From: Deltaproteobacteria bacterium
GTDB taxonomy: Bacteria; Desulfobacterota; Binatia; JACPRU01
DNA: 64,000 bases
Reading direction: 5' to 3'
NCBI GenBank assembly: GCA_016189835.1
Contig: JACPRU010000065.1
Span: 260-64,259 of the forward strand
The translations under genes and the position numbers were made by a program. The notes beneath the pieces are model-generated. The model did not search any database, was not told the origin of the DNA, and worked only from the letters and a program-made list of their open reading frames with translations. Positions 47,147-58,771 of this stretch are shown in pieces. The number at the start of each line of letters is the position of its first letter. The first letter of the stretch is position 1.

Positions 47147-48397
47147 GTGGAGCTCGTGGGCGAAACAAGCAGGCGGCCGTGGCGCTTGCGGCCGCCGAGC
47201 GTGCGGCGGGATTTTCCCGCGCTGAGCGGCATCGTCTTCCTCAACGCCGCCAGCATGGGGGTCGCCTCGCGGCAGGCGCTCGCCGCCATCGACGAGCAGC
47301 GCCGCCGGCTCGCCGCCGGCCCGCGGGGTCTCGGCTGGAGCCGCTTCATCGCGGGCTTCGAGAGCGGTGTCGCGCGGGCGCGGCGCGAAGCCGCGCGTCT
47401 GTTGCGCGCCGCCGAGGACGAGGTGGGGCTGATCAGCGACACCACGTCGGGGCTCCATCAGGCGATCGACGCCGTTCCGCTGCGCGACGGCGACAACCTC
47501 GTGCTCGGCGATCTCGAGTACCCGCAGGTCGCGCTGGCCGCCGAGAACGCGCGGCGGGAGCATGGGGTGGAGGTCCGCTTCGCGCGCCATCGGGGCGGCC
47601 GCGTTTCGATCGACGACTACCGGGCGGTGATCGATCGGCGCACCCGCGCCGTGCTGGTCAGCTCGGTCGGCTGGGTGACCGGCGAGCGAATCGACCTCGC
47701 GGCGTTCTCCGATCTCGCGGAACGGAGCGGGTTCTTCCTGGTGGTGGATGCCGTTCAGCAGCTCGGCGGCGTGGCGATCGATTGCTCGCGGCTGCGCGTC
47801 GATTTCCTGACCGCGGGCGGCTACAAGTGGCTGAACGCCCCGTTCGGCTGTGGCGTCTTTTACGTGCGCCGCGGCGCGCACGATCTCGGGCTACGCGTGC
47901 GCCGCGTCGGCCTGCTCGGCCTCCAGGAGCCGGAGGGCGGATGGGGCGGCTTCTACGATTCCCCCGAGATGAGGCCGCTGCCGCCGCTCGGGCCGGTGCG
48001 CAGCGCCCGGCGGTTCGAGGCGCAGGGCACGCCGAACCGGCTGGGCGCCGCGGGACTGGCCGCCGCGCTGCGCCATCGCAATGCCCAGGGCCGGCGCGCG
48101 GTCGAACGGCACATCCTCGATCTCGCCGGCGAGCTGATCGACGAGCTCGCCGCACGGGGGGCGACGGTCTGGACGCCGAGGCCGGAGCGCCGCCGCGCCG
48201 GCATCGTCACGTTCACGTTCGGCGGCGGGGCGGCGGCGGACAAGCGTCTGCATCGCTCCCTCGAGCGGCGCGAGATCTTCACCACGGCGCGATATTGCTC
48301 GGGCGTCGGCGGCGTGCGTGCCGCGGTGCACCTCTTCAACACGCGCGCCGACCTGCACGCGCTGCTCGCCGCGATCGACGAATGGCGGCGTTCGTGA
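47147..48397 (+). CDS. Class V PLP-dependent aminotransferase / C-S or C-Se lyase-like
   Basis: [34 protein letters not shown]. Confidence 0.88.
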   Translation: MELVGETSRRPWRLRPPSVRRDFPALSGIVFLNAASMGVASRQALAAIDEQRRRLAAGPRGLGWSRFIAGFESGVARARREAARLLRAAEDEVGLISDTTSGLHQAIDAVPLRDGDNLVLGDLEYPQVALAAENARREHGVEVRFARHRGGRVSIDDYRAVIDRRTRAVLVSSVGWVTGERIDLAAFSDLAERSGFFLVVDAVQQLGGVAIDCSRLRVDFLTAGGYKWLNAPFGCGVFYVRRGAHDLGLRVRRVGLLGLQEPEGGWGGFYDSPEMRPLPPLGPVRSARRFEAQGTPNRLGAAGLAAALRHRNAQGRRAVERHILDLAGELIDELAARGATVWTPRPERRRAGIVTFTFGGGAAADKRLHRSLERREIFTTARYCSGVGGVRAAVHLFNTRADLHALLAAIDEWRRS

Positions 48398-49623
48398 CAT
48401 CGGGAAGATCCGTGTCCGGAGCGGGGTTCCAGGTGTTTCGCGTAGGTGCGCTGCGCGTCGCCTTCGAGCGATCGGCCGGCCCGCTCGCGGGCATCGTGCT
48501 GTCGGCGCGCACCGGATCGCGCTTCGACGGCGCCCGGCCGGGGATCGCGCACCTCGCCGAGCACATGCTCTTCCAGGGGACTCGCTCGCTCGACCACGCG
48601 GCGATCAACCAGCGCGCGGCCGAGCTCGGCGGGGATCACGACGCGAGCACCAGCTACGAAGACTTGAACCTGACCTTCCAGGTGCTGAACGCGGACGTCG
48701 CGGGGGCGATCGCGTTGCTCGCCGAGCAGGTCCTGCGCTCGGTCGTTCCACGCGACCGCCTCGAGAACGAGCGCCAGGTGGTTTGCCAGGAGATCCGCGG
48801 GCACCGCGAAGACGCGATCGGTCACCTCTCCGACGAGACCTGGGCCCGCTTCTTCGCCGACGGTCTGCGGCTGCCGCCGAGCGGGACGTTGGCGAGCGTG
48901 CGGTCGACCTCCGCGGCGGAGGTGCGCGACTTCCTGCGCCGCCGGCTGGTGGGAGCCAACCTGGTGCTGTCGATCGTCGGCGACCTGCAGTCGGGCGACG
49001 TGCGGCGAGCCGTGGCGCGGGAGTTCCGCGCTCTGGCCCCCGGGGTGGCGTGCATCGCCCCGCCGGTGCGCATCGCCCGTCGCGGAGAGGTCCGCTTGCG
49101 GCGATCGGGCCTCACCCAGCTCTATCTGACGACCCTGTTCTCGGTACCGGCGGGGCGCCGCGAGCTGCTCGCGCTCGGGCTGGCGCTCGAGATCCTCGGC
49201 ACCGACCCGGACGGCCGGCTCTATCACGAGATCCGCGAACGGCGCGGGCTGTCCTACGACCTGTGGGCCGATCTTCCGGGCGGAGCGCAGTGGGCGGCGC
49301 TCGCGGTCGGGGCCGTGGCCGAACGCCGCGCCGAGCGCCGGCTGCGCGAAGCGATCGACGGAGTCTTCACGCGCGCGGCGAGCGAGGGCTTCTCGGCCGA
49401 GGAGATCGATCGCGCCCGGCGCAAGCTCCGCTACCGCTACGCGCGGCTGAGCGAGGCCAAGCTCGAACGCGCCGCGTCGCACGCGGCCGCGCTGCTCTAC
49501 GGGACGCCGAGCCTCGAAGAGGCGGAGGCGATCGTCGCTTCGTTGCGCCGCGAGGAGATCGAACGTGCCTGGCGCGTCGCGCTCGGCGGTCCGCGCCTGA
49601 CCGGGGTGTTGACCGGCGACTGA
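48394..49623 (+). CDS. M16 (pitrilysin) family peptidase
   Basis: GIAHLAEHMLFQGT (HxxEH), RLYHEIRERRGLSY. Confidence 0.9.
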   Translation: MTSGRSVSGAGFQVFRVGALRVAFERSAGPLAGIVLSARTGSRFDGARPGIAHLAEHMLFQGTRSLDHAAINQRAAELGGDHDASTSYEDLNLTFQVLNADVAGAIALLAEQVLRSVVPRDRLENERQVVCQEIRGHREDAIGHLSDETWARFFADGLRLPPSGTLASVRSTSAAEVRDFLRRRLVGANLVLSIVGDLQSGDVRRAVAREFRALAPGVACIAPPVRIARRGEVRLRRSGLTQLYLTTLFSVPAGRRELLALGLALEILGTDPDGRLYHEIRERRGLSYDLWADLPGGAQWAALAVGAVAERRAERRLREAIDGVFTRAASEGFSAEEIDRARRKLRYRYARLSEAKLERAASHAAALLYGTPSLEEAEAIVASLRREEIERAWRVALGGPRLTGVLTGD

Positions 49624-49707
49624 AGAGCCGGGTGGGGAACGGCTGCCGGCCGGGCGCCTGCGCGTCTGTTGCGCGCGCCCCGGGCCGGGGGCTACAAATC
49701 GCGCTTC

Positions 49708-50643
49708 ATGGCCCTGCGCATCCTCCTCGTCGGCCAGGCCGCCTTCGGCGAACGGACGCTCGAGCGTCTCGCTCGGAATCATTCGGTCGTCGCCGTCTAC
49801 TGCCCTCCCGATGCTCCGGGCGCCCAGGCGGATCCGCTGAAATCCAAGGCGCTCGAGCGCGGCATTCCCGTCCATCAGCCGAAGTCGATGAAGACCGACG
49901 AGGTCTTCGAGCGATTCGGCGCCTGCGGCGCCGATCTCGCCGTGCTCGCGTTCGTCACGGTGATCGTGCCCGAGCGCGTCATCCGCCTTCCCCGGCTCGG
50001 TACGATCTGCTTCCATCCATCGCTGCTCCCACGCTACCGCGGCGGCAGCGCCCTGAACTGGCAGATCATCCGCGGCGAGACCCGCGGCGGCCTCACCGTC
50101 TTCTGGACCGACGCGGGAATCGACACCGGGCCGATCCTGCTCCAGAAGCCGGTGGTGATCGGACCCGACGACACGACCGGTTCGCTCTACTACGAGAAGA
50201 TCTTCCCGCTCGGTCTCGACACCCTCGAGGAGGCGGTCGAGCTGGTCGCGGCGGGCCGCGCCCCGCGCATCCCGCAGGACGAGTCGCTGGCGAGCTACGA
50301 TCCGCTGTGCCGTAACGAGCACGTGGCGATCGACTGGCTGCGCCCGGCGCGCGAAGTCTACGACCTGGTGCGCGGCGCCGACCCGCAGCCCGGGGCGTGG
50401 GCCGTCCATCGCGGCGAGAAGATCCGCTTCTTCGATTGTCGCCTTTCCGCCGGCGCATCCGCCGATCCGGGACGCGTGGTCGGGCTCGGCGCCGGCGGTC
50501 TGGAGGTCGCTCTCGCCGGCGGGCGGCTGGTCGCCAAGCGCGTCCGGATCGGCGACTCGCCCAAGAAGACCCCGGCGGCGGAGCTCGCCGCCGCGGCTTG
50601 CCTCGCGGTGGGCGACCGTCTGGCCGGAGGGCCGTCGGCGTGA
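49708..50643 (+). CDS. Formyltransferase of Fmt fold, resembling the 10-formyl-THF dehydrogenase N-terminal domain
   Basis: VGQAAFG, ADPL, FHPSLLPRYRG, FWTDAGIDTG. Confidence 0.85.
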   Translation: MALRILLVGQAAFGERTLERLARNHSVVAVYCPPDAPGAQADPLKSKALERGIPVHQPKSMKTDEVFERFGACGADLAVLAFVTVIVPERVIRLPRLGTICFHPSLLPRYRGGSALNWQIIRGETRGGLTVFWTDAGIDTGPILLQKPVVIGPDDTTGSLYYEKIFPLGLDTLEEAVELVAAGRAPRIPQDESLASYDPLCRNEHVAIDWLRPAREVYDLVRGADPQPGAWAVHRGEKIRFFDCRLSAGASADPGRVVGLGAGGLEVALAGGRLVAKRVRIGDSPKKTPAAELAAAACLAVGDRLAGGPSA

Positions 50644-51242
50644 CGAGCGAGGCGCAACACCCGATCCAGCGCGCGTTCGCGGACAGCATCGCCGCCAAGG
50701 CGCAGTTCCTGAAGGAGCATCTGCGGACCCTCGAGACCGTGATCGACACCGTCGCCGCGCGCCTGCTGGCCGGCAACAAGGTGCTGTTCTTCGGCAACGG
50801 CGGCAGCGCCGCCGACGCGCAGCACCTCGCCGCGGAGTTCGTGAACCGCTTCCTGCTCGAGCGGCCGCCGCTGCCGGCGATGGCGCTCACCACCGACACC
50901 TCGATCCTGACCAGCGTCGGCAACGACTATGGCTACGCAGAGGTCTTCGCCAAGCAGGTGAAGGCGCTCGGGCGCGAGGGCGACGTCGCCGTGGCTCTGT
51001 CGACGAGCGGAAATTCTCCGAACGTGCTGCGCGCCGTGGAAGCGTGCCGGAAGCAGGGGATCATCACCGTCGGTCTGACCGGCGGCGACGGAGGCAAGCT
51101 CGGCGCCTTGGTGGATCACCACCTCTGCGTCTCGGCGAGCAAGCTGAGCCCGCGCATCCAAGAGACGCACATCCTCGTCGGGCACGTGCTGTGCGAGATG
51201 GTGGACTGCAAGCTGTTCGGACGCCACTCGGAAAGAGCGTAG
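50640..51242 (+). CDS. gmhA: Sedoheptulose-7-phosphate isomerase
   Basis: GNGGSAADAQHLAAE, GNDYG, STSGNSPN, RIQETH. Confidence 0.95.
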   Translation: MTSEAQHPIQRAFADSIAAKAQFLKEHLRTLETVIDTVAARLLAGNKVLFFGNGGSAADAQHLAAEFVNRFLLERPPLPAMALTTDTSILTSVGNDYGYAEVFAKQVKALGREGDVAVALSTSGNSPNVLRAVEACRKQGIITVGLTGGDGGKLGALVDHHLCVSASKLSPRIQETHILVGHVLCEMVDCKLFGRHSERA

Positions 51243-51246
51243 GCGG

Positions 51247-52194
51247 TTGAAGTACCGCGAAATCGATCTGTCGCGCGCCCACACCCACCCGCTCGCCTCA
51301 CGCCCGAGCAAGGTCGACGCGCACGCGCTCGGACGTCCTCTCGCCGCCGGCGCATCGGTCGCGGCGCTGCTCGACAGCCTTCCCGATCTCCTCGCCGGCC
51401 GTGACCTGCGCGAAGCGGTGCGCGAGCTGGCGCGGCGGCGGCGGGCGGGCGGAGCGATCCTGCTCGGCATGGGCGCGCACCCCGTCAAGGTCGGCCTGTC
51501 GCCGCTGATCGTCGACTGGATCGAGCGCGACGTGCTTGCCGGGGTAGCGATGAACGGGGCGGGCATCGTTCACGACTTCGAGCTCGCGCTGGTCGGACGC
51601 ACCTCGGAGGAAGTGGCCGATCAGCTCGCCGACGGGAGCTTCGGCATGTCCGAGGAAACCGGGGCGTTCCTCAACCAGGCCGCCCGGGAGGGTGCCGCGG
51701 ACGGCATCGGCCTCGGCCAGGCCGTCGGCCGCAAGATCCTGGCCGCCCGGCTTCCCCGCGCCGAGCTCAGCATTTGCGCCGCCGGCGCGCGCCGTGGGGT
51801 GCCGGTCACCGTCCACGTCGCGCTCGGCACCGACGTCGTGCACATGCACCCGTCCGCCGACGGCGCGGCGATCGGCGAGACCAGCCTACGAGACTTCCGC
51901 ATCCTCGCCGAGCAGGTCGCCGCTCTCGAGGGAGGCGCCTTCCTCAATCTGGGCTCGGCCGTGATCCTCCCGGAGGTGTTTCTGAAGGCGCTCAATCTGG
52001 CCCGCAACGTCGGACGCCGCGTCGCCGACGTGCTGACGCTCGACATGGACTTCCAGCGACACTATCGCCCGCTCACCAACGTCGTGGCCCGACCCACGCG
52101 GCTCGGCGGCCGCGGCATCCATCTCACCGGCCACCACGAGATCATGTTTCCGTTGCTCTGTGCGGCGTTGCGTGAGGAAATGGAGAAGCCGTGA
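51247..52194 (+). CDS. Conserved hypothetical protein, possibly deoxyhypusine-synthase-like fold
   Basis: GMGAHPVKVG, IVHDFE, GTDVVHMHP, LGSAVILPEVFLKA, GHHEIMFP. Confidence 0.75.
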   Translation: MKYREIDLSRAHTHPLASRPSKVDAHALGRPLAAGASVAALLDSLPDLLAGRDLREAVRELARRRRAGGAILLGMGAHPVKVGLSPLIVDWIERDVLAGVAMNGAGIVHDFELALVGRTSEEVADQLADGSFGMSEETGAFLNQAAREGAADGIGLGQAVGRKILAARLPRAELSICAAGARRGVPVTVHVALGTDVVHMHPSADGAAIGETSLRDFRILAEQVAALEGGAFLNLGSAVILPEVFLKALNLARNVGRRVADVLTLDMDFQRHYRPLTNVVARPTRLGGRGIHLTGHHEIMFPLLCAALREEMEKP

Positions 52195-53030
52195 GCGCCA
52201 AGCGGAAGCGTCCAGCGTCGGCGTCGAGCGTCGGCGGCGGCACGAGGCCCGTCGTCACGCTGCTCACCGACTTCGGCGAGCGAGACGGCTTCGTCGGCAT
52301 CGTCAAGGGCGTGCTGTTCGGCATCTGTCCCGAGGCGCACGTCGTCGACCTCACCCACGAGGTGGTTCCCCAGGACGTCACCGGCGGCGCGCTGGTGCTG
52401 GCGAGCGCCGTGGGCTACTTCCCGCGTCGAACCATCCATCTCGCGGTGGTGGATCCCGGCGTCGGCACGTCGCGCCGGCCGATCCTGATCGATACCGAGG
52501 ACTTCGTGCTCGTCGGCCCGGACAACGGCCTGCTCAGCCTGGCCTCCGACCGTTCCGCGGTGCGCCGGGTGGTCCACCTCGACCGCGCGCAGTATTTCCT
52601 GGCGTCGCCGACCCGGACGTTTCATGCGCGAGACGTGTTTGCGCCAGTGGCCGCGCACTGCGCGCGCGGCACCGATCCGGGCGAAATGGGCTCGCCGATG
52701 GACGGCTTCCAGCGGTTGAGCCTGCCCCGGCCGCGAAGAGTCGACGACGGCCTCGAAGGGCAGGTCATCCACGTCGACCGCTTCGGCAATCTGATCTGCA
52801 ACATCGGGCCGGCGGACCTGGGCGACTTCCGCGCCTCGGGGCTTTCCATTAGCATTTGCGGAGTGCAGATTTCCGAGATCTCGCCCCACTATTCGTCGGT
52901 GCGCGAGGGTAAGCCGCTCGCCGTGTGGAACAGCTGGGGGCAGCTGGAGGTCGCCGTGCGCAACGGCTCGGCGGCGCGACAGCTGCGCGCCCGCAGCGGT
53001 GACCGCGTGCAGGTGAAGCTCCGGCGATGA
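52191..53030 (+). CDS. SAM hydrolase / SAM-dependent halogenase family (DUF62)
   Basis: LLTDFG, VVDPGVG, GPDNG, TFHARDVFAP, VDRFGN. Confidence 0.93.
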   Translation: MSAKRKRPASASSVGGGTRPVVTLLTDFGERDGFVGIVKGVLFGICPEAHVVDLTHEVVPQDVTGGALVLASAVGYFPRRTIHLAVVDPGVGTSRRPILIDTEDFVLVGPDNGLLSLASDRSAVRRVVHLDRAQYFLASPTRTFHARDVFAPVAAHCARGTDPGEMGSPMDGFQRLSLPRPRRVDDGLEGQVIHVDRFGNLICNIGPADLGDFRASGLSISICGVQISEISPHYSSVREGKPLAVWNSWGQLEVAVRNGSAARQLRARSGDRVQVKLRR

Positions 53031-54013
53031 GGCCGCTCGAACCCTGGCCGGCCGCCGAGGGCTTCGCGACCGCGGATTGGCGAGATCCCGTCCCCGTCGC
53101 CGTGGTGGAGCGTCGGCGGCTGCCGCTGCTGAACCTCTTGCTGTTCGCGCTCACGCTGGCGACCACGACGATCGCCGGCGCCCTGAACGAGGGCGTCTCG
53201 ATCGACCAGCTCGGCGGCCGATGGACCAGCGGGTTGCCGTTCTCGCTTCCGCTGATGTCGATTCTGCTGGCCCACGAGATGGGGCACTATCTGCTCGCCC
53301 GCCACCACGGCGTGCGCGTGACGCTGCCGTTCTTCCTTCCGGGGCCGCCCTTCGTGTTCGGCCCGGGCACGTTCGGCGCGTTCATCCGCATGAAATCGGC
53401 GGCGCCGAACCGCCGGGTGCTGTTCGACGTCGGCGCGGCGGGCCCCTGGGCGGGGATCTGCGTGGCGATCCCCGCGGTGCTGTACGGGCTCTACCTCTCG
53501 GAGCTGAAGCCGCTCCCGCCGACGTTCAGCGGCCTGGAGTTCGGGGAGTCACTGCTCTTCCAGCTGCTCGGCCGCCTGGTCGTCGGCCCGATCCCCCACG
53601 GATTCGACATCTTCCTGCACCCGGTCGCGCTGGCGGGCTGGTTCGGCTTCCTGGTGACGGCGCTGAACCTCTTGCCCGTCGGACAGCTCGACGGCGGACA
53701 TGTCGTCTATTCCTTGTTCGGCCGCCGCCACCGCTGGATCGCGCGAACGTTCCTGTTGTGCACGGTCGCCATCGGGTTCTACGGGTGGTCGGGTTGGTTC
53801 GCCTGGGCCGTGCTGATGCTGCTCGTCGGCATCGACCATCCCCCCACGCTCGATCACGCCACGCCGCTCGATCCTCGCCGCCGGCTGATGGGTTGGATGA
53901 CGCTCGGGCTGTTCCTCGTCACCTTCGTTCCGGTTCCCATCTCGCTGCTCGAGGGCGGCGTCGGGGCACGAGCCGAAGAGCTCATTCCCGCGGCGTTGCG
54001 GCTTCCGCGCTGA
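53027..54013 (+). CDS. Site-2 protease (M50)
   Basis: AHEMGH, GTFGAFI, NLLPVGQLDGGH. Confidence 0.93.
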   Translation: MRPLEPWPAAEGFATADWRDPVPVAVVERRRLPLLNLLLFALTLATTTIAGALNEGVSIDQLGGRWTSGLPFSLPLMSILLAHEMGHYLLARHHGVRVTLPFFLPGPPFVFGPGTFGAFIRMKSAAPNRRVLFDVGAAGPWAGICVAIPAVLYGLYLSELKPLPPTFSGLEFGESLLFQLLGRLVVGPIPHGFDIFLHPVALAGWFGFLVTALNLLPVGQLDGGHVVYSLFGRRHRWIARTFLLCTVAIGFYGWSGWFAWAVLMLLVGIDHPPTLDHATPLDPRRRLMGWMTLGLFLVTFVPVPISLLEGGVGARAEELIPAALRLPR

Positions 54014-54034
54014 GCCCCGTCGAAGGAGCGCGCA

Positions 54035-54487
54035 GTGGGAGAACGGCCGTCCTGGGATCAATACTTCATGATGATCACGCGTCAGGTCGCGGACCGCTCG
54101 ACCTGCAATCGCGCCAAGGTGGGCGCACTCATCGCGCGGGACAAGAACATCCTGGCCACCGGCTACAATGGCGCGCCCGCCGGTCTCCCACACTGCACGG
54201 AGGTGGGCTGCCTGATCTACCAGTCACGGACGCCGAGCGGCGAAGTCGAGGAGAACTGCTTCCGCACCATCCATGCCGAGATCAACGCCATCGCCCAGGC
54301 GGCGAAGAACGGCGCCATGATTAAGGACGCCGACATCTACATCACGCACACGCCCTGCATTCACTGCTTCAAGGTGCTGATCAACACCGGGATCAAGCGC
54401 GTGCTGTACGAGAAGCCGTACAAGCTCGCGACGCTCGATGACCTGCGCCGCTACTCCGAGGTGGCGCTCGTGCAGGTCGACGTCTGA
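54035..54487 (+). CDS. dCMP deaminase / ComEB family
   Basis: [27 protein letters not shown]. Confidence 0.94.
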   Translation: MGERPSWDQYFMMITRQVADRSTCNRAKVGALIARDKNILATGYNGAPAGLPHCTEVGCLIYQSRTPSGEVEENCFRTIHAEINAIAQAAKNGAMIKDADIYITHTPCIHCFKVLINTGIKRVLYEKPYKLATLDDLRRYSEVALVQVDV

Positions 54488-54496
54488 CGCCCGTCG

Positions 54497-55147
54497 ATGG
54501 CCTGGACGGTCGAACGCTGGCGCCGCGTTCCGGGTCTGGAGCAGCGGTTCGGAGACCGGCTGGCTGCGGCCCCGGACGCGGTGGTCACGCTGCGGCAGGT
54601 CCACGGTCGCCTCGTCCGCCCCGTCGATGAAGTGACCGGCGAGACGATGGAGGGCGACGGTCTGGTCACCGACCGTGCGGGCGCGATCGTCGCCGTATCG
54701 ACGGCGGACTGCGTTCCCGTCCACCTGATGGCGCCGGCGGCACGGGTAGCGGCGGCGCTGCATTGCGGGTGGCGCGGCAGCGCGGCCGGCATCCTGGCGG
54801 AGGCGCTCGGGCTCCTCGGCCGGCGCTGGAACGTTCGGCCGGAGGAGGTCGAGGCCGCTCTCGGGCCGGCGATCGGCGCCTGTTGTTACGAGGTCGGTAG
54901 GGAGGTGCGGGACGCGTTCGTCGCGCGCGCCGGACCGCGGCTCGGCACGGTGGGCTTCGAGGCGTACGGCGACCGGCTCGCGTTCGACCTGCGGGCCTTC
55001 CTCGAGGCCGAGCTGCGGGAGCTGGGGGTGGCGGTGGTGGAACGGGTGGGGCCGTGCACGGCGTGCACGATCGAGCGCCTGCATTCTTACCGTCGCGAGC
55101 GACAGACGCGCGGGCGGCAGCTGAGTTGGATCGGCTGGCGCGGCTGA
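54497..55147 (+). CDS. YfiH/PgeF family protein
   Basis: QVHG, STADCVPV, HCGWRG, GPAIGACCYEV, SYRR. Confidence 0.92.
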   Translation: MAWTVERWRRVPGLEQRFGDRLAAAPDAVVTLRQVHGRLVRPVDEVTGETMEGDGLVTDRAGAIVAVSTADCVPVHLMAPAARVAAALHCGWRGSAAGILAEALGLLGRRWNVRPEEVEAALGPAIGACCYEVGREVRDAFVARAGPRLGTVGFEAYGDRLAFDLRAFLEAELRELGVAVVERVGPCTACTIERLHSYRRERQTRGRQLSWIGWRG

Positions 55148-55245
55148 GCTTTTCCTCCCCCCGCGCGACACGTGAAATCGTTGTGGAGGAAAGCGAGGGC
55201 TGCTAAGGTTCCTGGCAGGCGCTGGCCGACGAGGAGGAATGTTCG

Positions 55246-55518
55246 ATGAAACGATCGATCGCTTGTTTGAGCCTGGTGGCGGTTCTCGGTCTCTACGGAA
55301 CGGCGCTGGCGATCCCCGACGACGAATACGACGACTCTCAGTCGCACCCGTTGCGCGTCGCCGCCTATCTCCTCAATCCCGTGGGCGTCGGCCTGGAGTA
55401 CGTGGTGTTCCGTCCCTTCCACTGGGTGGTTTCGCGCAACGAAACCACCGAGACGATCTTCGGCCATTCGCCGCACGGTGCCGAGGAGCTGCGCGTGCTC
55501 TCCACGCCGAGTTACTAG
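55246..55518 (+). CDS. Small exported hypothetical protein
   Basis: GAGGAGG RBS, signal peptide ending ALA, DDSQSHPLRVAAYLLNPVG segment. Confidence 0.75.
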   Translation: MKRSIACLSLVAVLGLYGTALAIPDDEYDDSQSHPLRVAAYLLNPVGVGLEYVVFRPFHWVVSRNETTETIFGHSPHGAEELRVLSTPSY

Positions 55519-55531
55519 TCGGCGACGGCTC

Positions 55532-57636
<2,105 letters not shown>

Positions 57637-57640
<4 letters not shown>

Positions 57641-58029
57641 ACGGCGATCTGACTCGCCTCCGTGTTGACGCCCGGCTCGGCACTCGAAGCCGGCCGCCCG
57701 CCTTGCACACGGGCTCGCTGTCTCCACTCCTGGAGACCCCGACGCAGATAATCGGCGTTCAGCTCCAGCGTGTGACAGATGTTCTCGTAGGCGAAGACCC
57801 AGGAATTATCCGAGGAGAACAGCCATTCCTCGGCCTCGGCGAAGAGGTCTCGTCCGCGCGGTTCGCGCTCGAAAGCAAACTTCTGGTAGCAGTCGACCGC
57901 ATCCTCGAGCACCGCCAGCATCAGGCGCTTCTCGCCACGGGTCGCCGAGCCGCGCCCGCGGAAGTGCGCGAAGAACTGCGAGGGCAGTAGCGTATCCGGC
58001 TCGAAGAGGCTCACCACAGACTGACGCAT
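57637..58029 (-). CDS. Hypothetical protein, paralog A
   Basis: AAGGAG RBS; LFEPDTLLPSQFF...RLMLAVLEDAVDCYQK...AEEWL...FAYENICHTL; similar to the neighbouring gene. Confidence 0.85.
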
Positions 58030-58150
58030 CTAAAGCTCCTTCTCGGCTCCTTTGTGATGCGAGAACAATAGCGATGGAGCCTGTCAAGAAGCTAATGAAA
58101 AACTCTTTTTGTTATTATTAGTCGCCCTTATCGCGGCGCGTCAAATCGAT

Positions 58151-58513
58151 CTAGGCGGCTCGCGGAGCAGTCGCCAGCTGATGGTGGCGAGCACGCCAGG
58201 CGAGCAGAGATTTCCGCACTTTTGCGGGCGTGAGGCGAAAAAGCTCACAAAGTCGATCGAACGAGAAGATCGACTCCTGGTCGCTGGTCTCGATCCAGCA
58301 CAGCGCTTCGGTGAAGGCCTCGCCACGCTCGCGGCCGAGCTGTACCTCCTTGCGGAAGGTCTCGATACCGTCGCTGAACACCGCCCACAACAGAGACATC
58401 TCCGCGGACCACCGAGGCTGCTGCTCGTAGAAGAACTGCTCGGGAAGGATGAAATCCGGCTCCAGGCTCGCGTACGTCGCCGGGTCGACAGGTTCGGCTG
58501 GCTGCTCCGTCAT
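58151..58513 (-). CDS. Hypothetical protein, paralog B
   Basis: GGGAG RBS; LEPDFILPEQFF...LLWAVFSDGIETFRK...ALCWI...FSFDRLCELF. Confidence 0.85.
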   Translation of the reverse strand: MTEQPAEPVDPATYASLEPDFILPEQFFYEQQPRWSAEMSLLWAVFSDGIETFRKEVQLGRERGEAFTEALCWIETSDQESIFSFDRLCELFRLTPAKVRKSLLAWRARHHQLATAPRAA

Positions 58514-58546
58514 TTTCAGTCACTCCCTCGTGACGCTGATTGCGAA

Positions 58547-58563
58547 AGCAATAAATTTGCCAA
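58547..58563 (-). promoter_or_regulatory. Sigma-54 (-24/-12) promoter
   Basis: Minus strand TTGGCAAATTTATTGCT, near consensus, 34 nt upstream of the paralog B start. Confidence 0.75.
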
Positions 58564-58771
58564 ATTTTGACCGATGCCCAGAGTTGGCCGGTTTCTCATA
58601 CGCCTGACGAAGTTACGCGTGGAACTACACCTACTCTCTAGTGAATCCTTCTCGATACGCGGTACAACCGGCGGCATTCCTGCGACGAGAATTGTCAATC
58701 GTGACGGGACGGGTTGCCACCCGCGGCCTCGATGTCTAATGTGGCCGACGCCCGTTCGAGACGAGAGCCGC

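Noticed and set aside
52191-53030. Halogenase-based natural-product cluster
   Set aside because: The housekeeping-like neighbourhood and DUF62 motifs fit a SAM hydrolase; no biosynthetic genes nearby.
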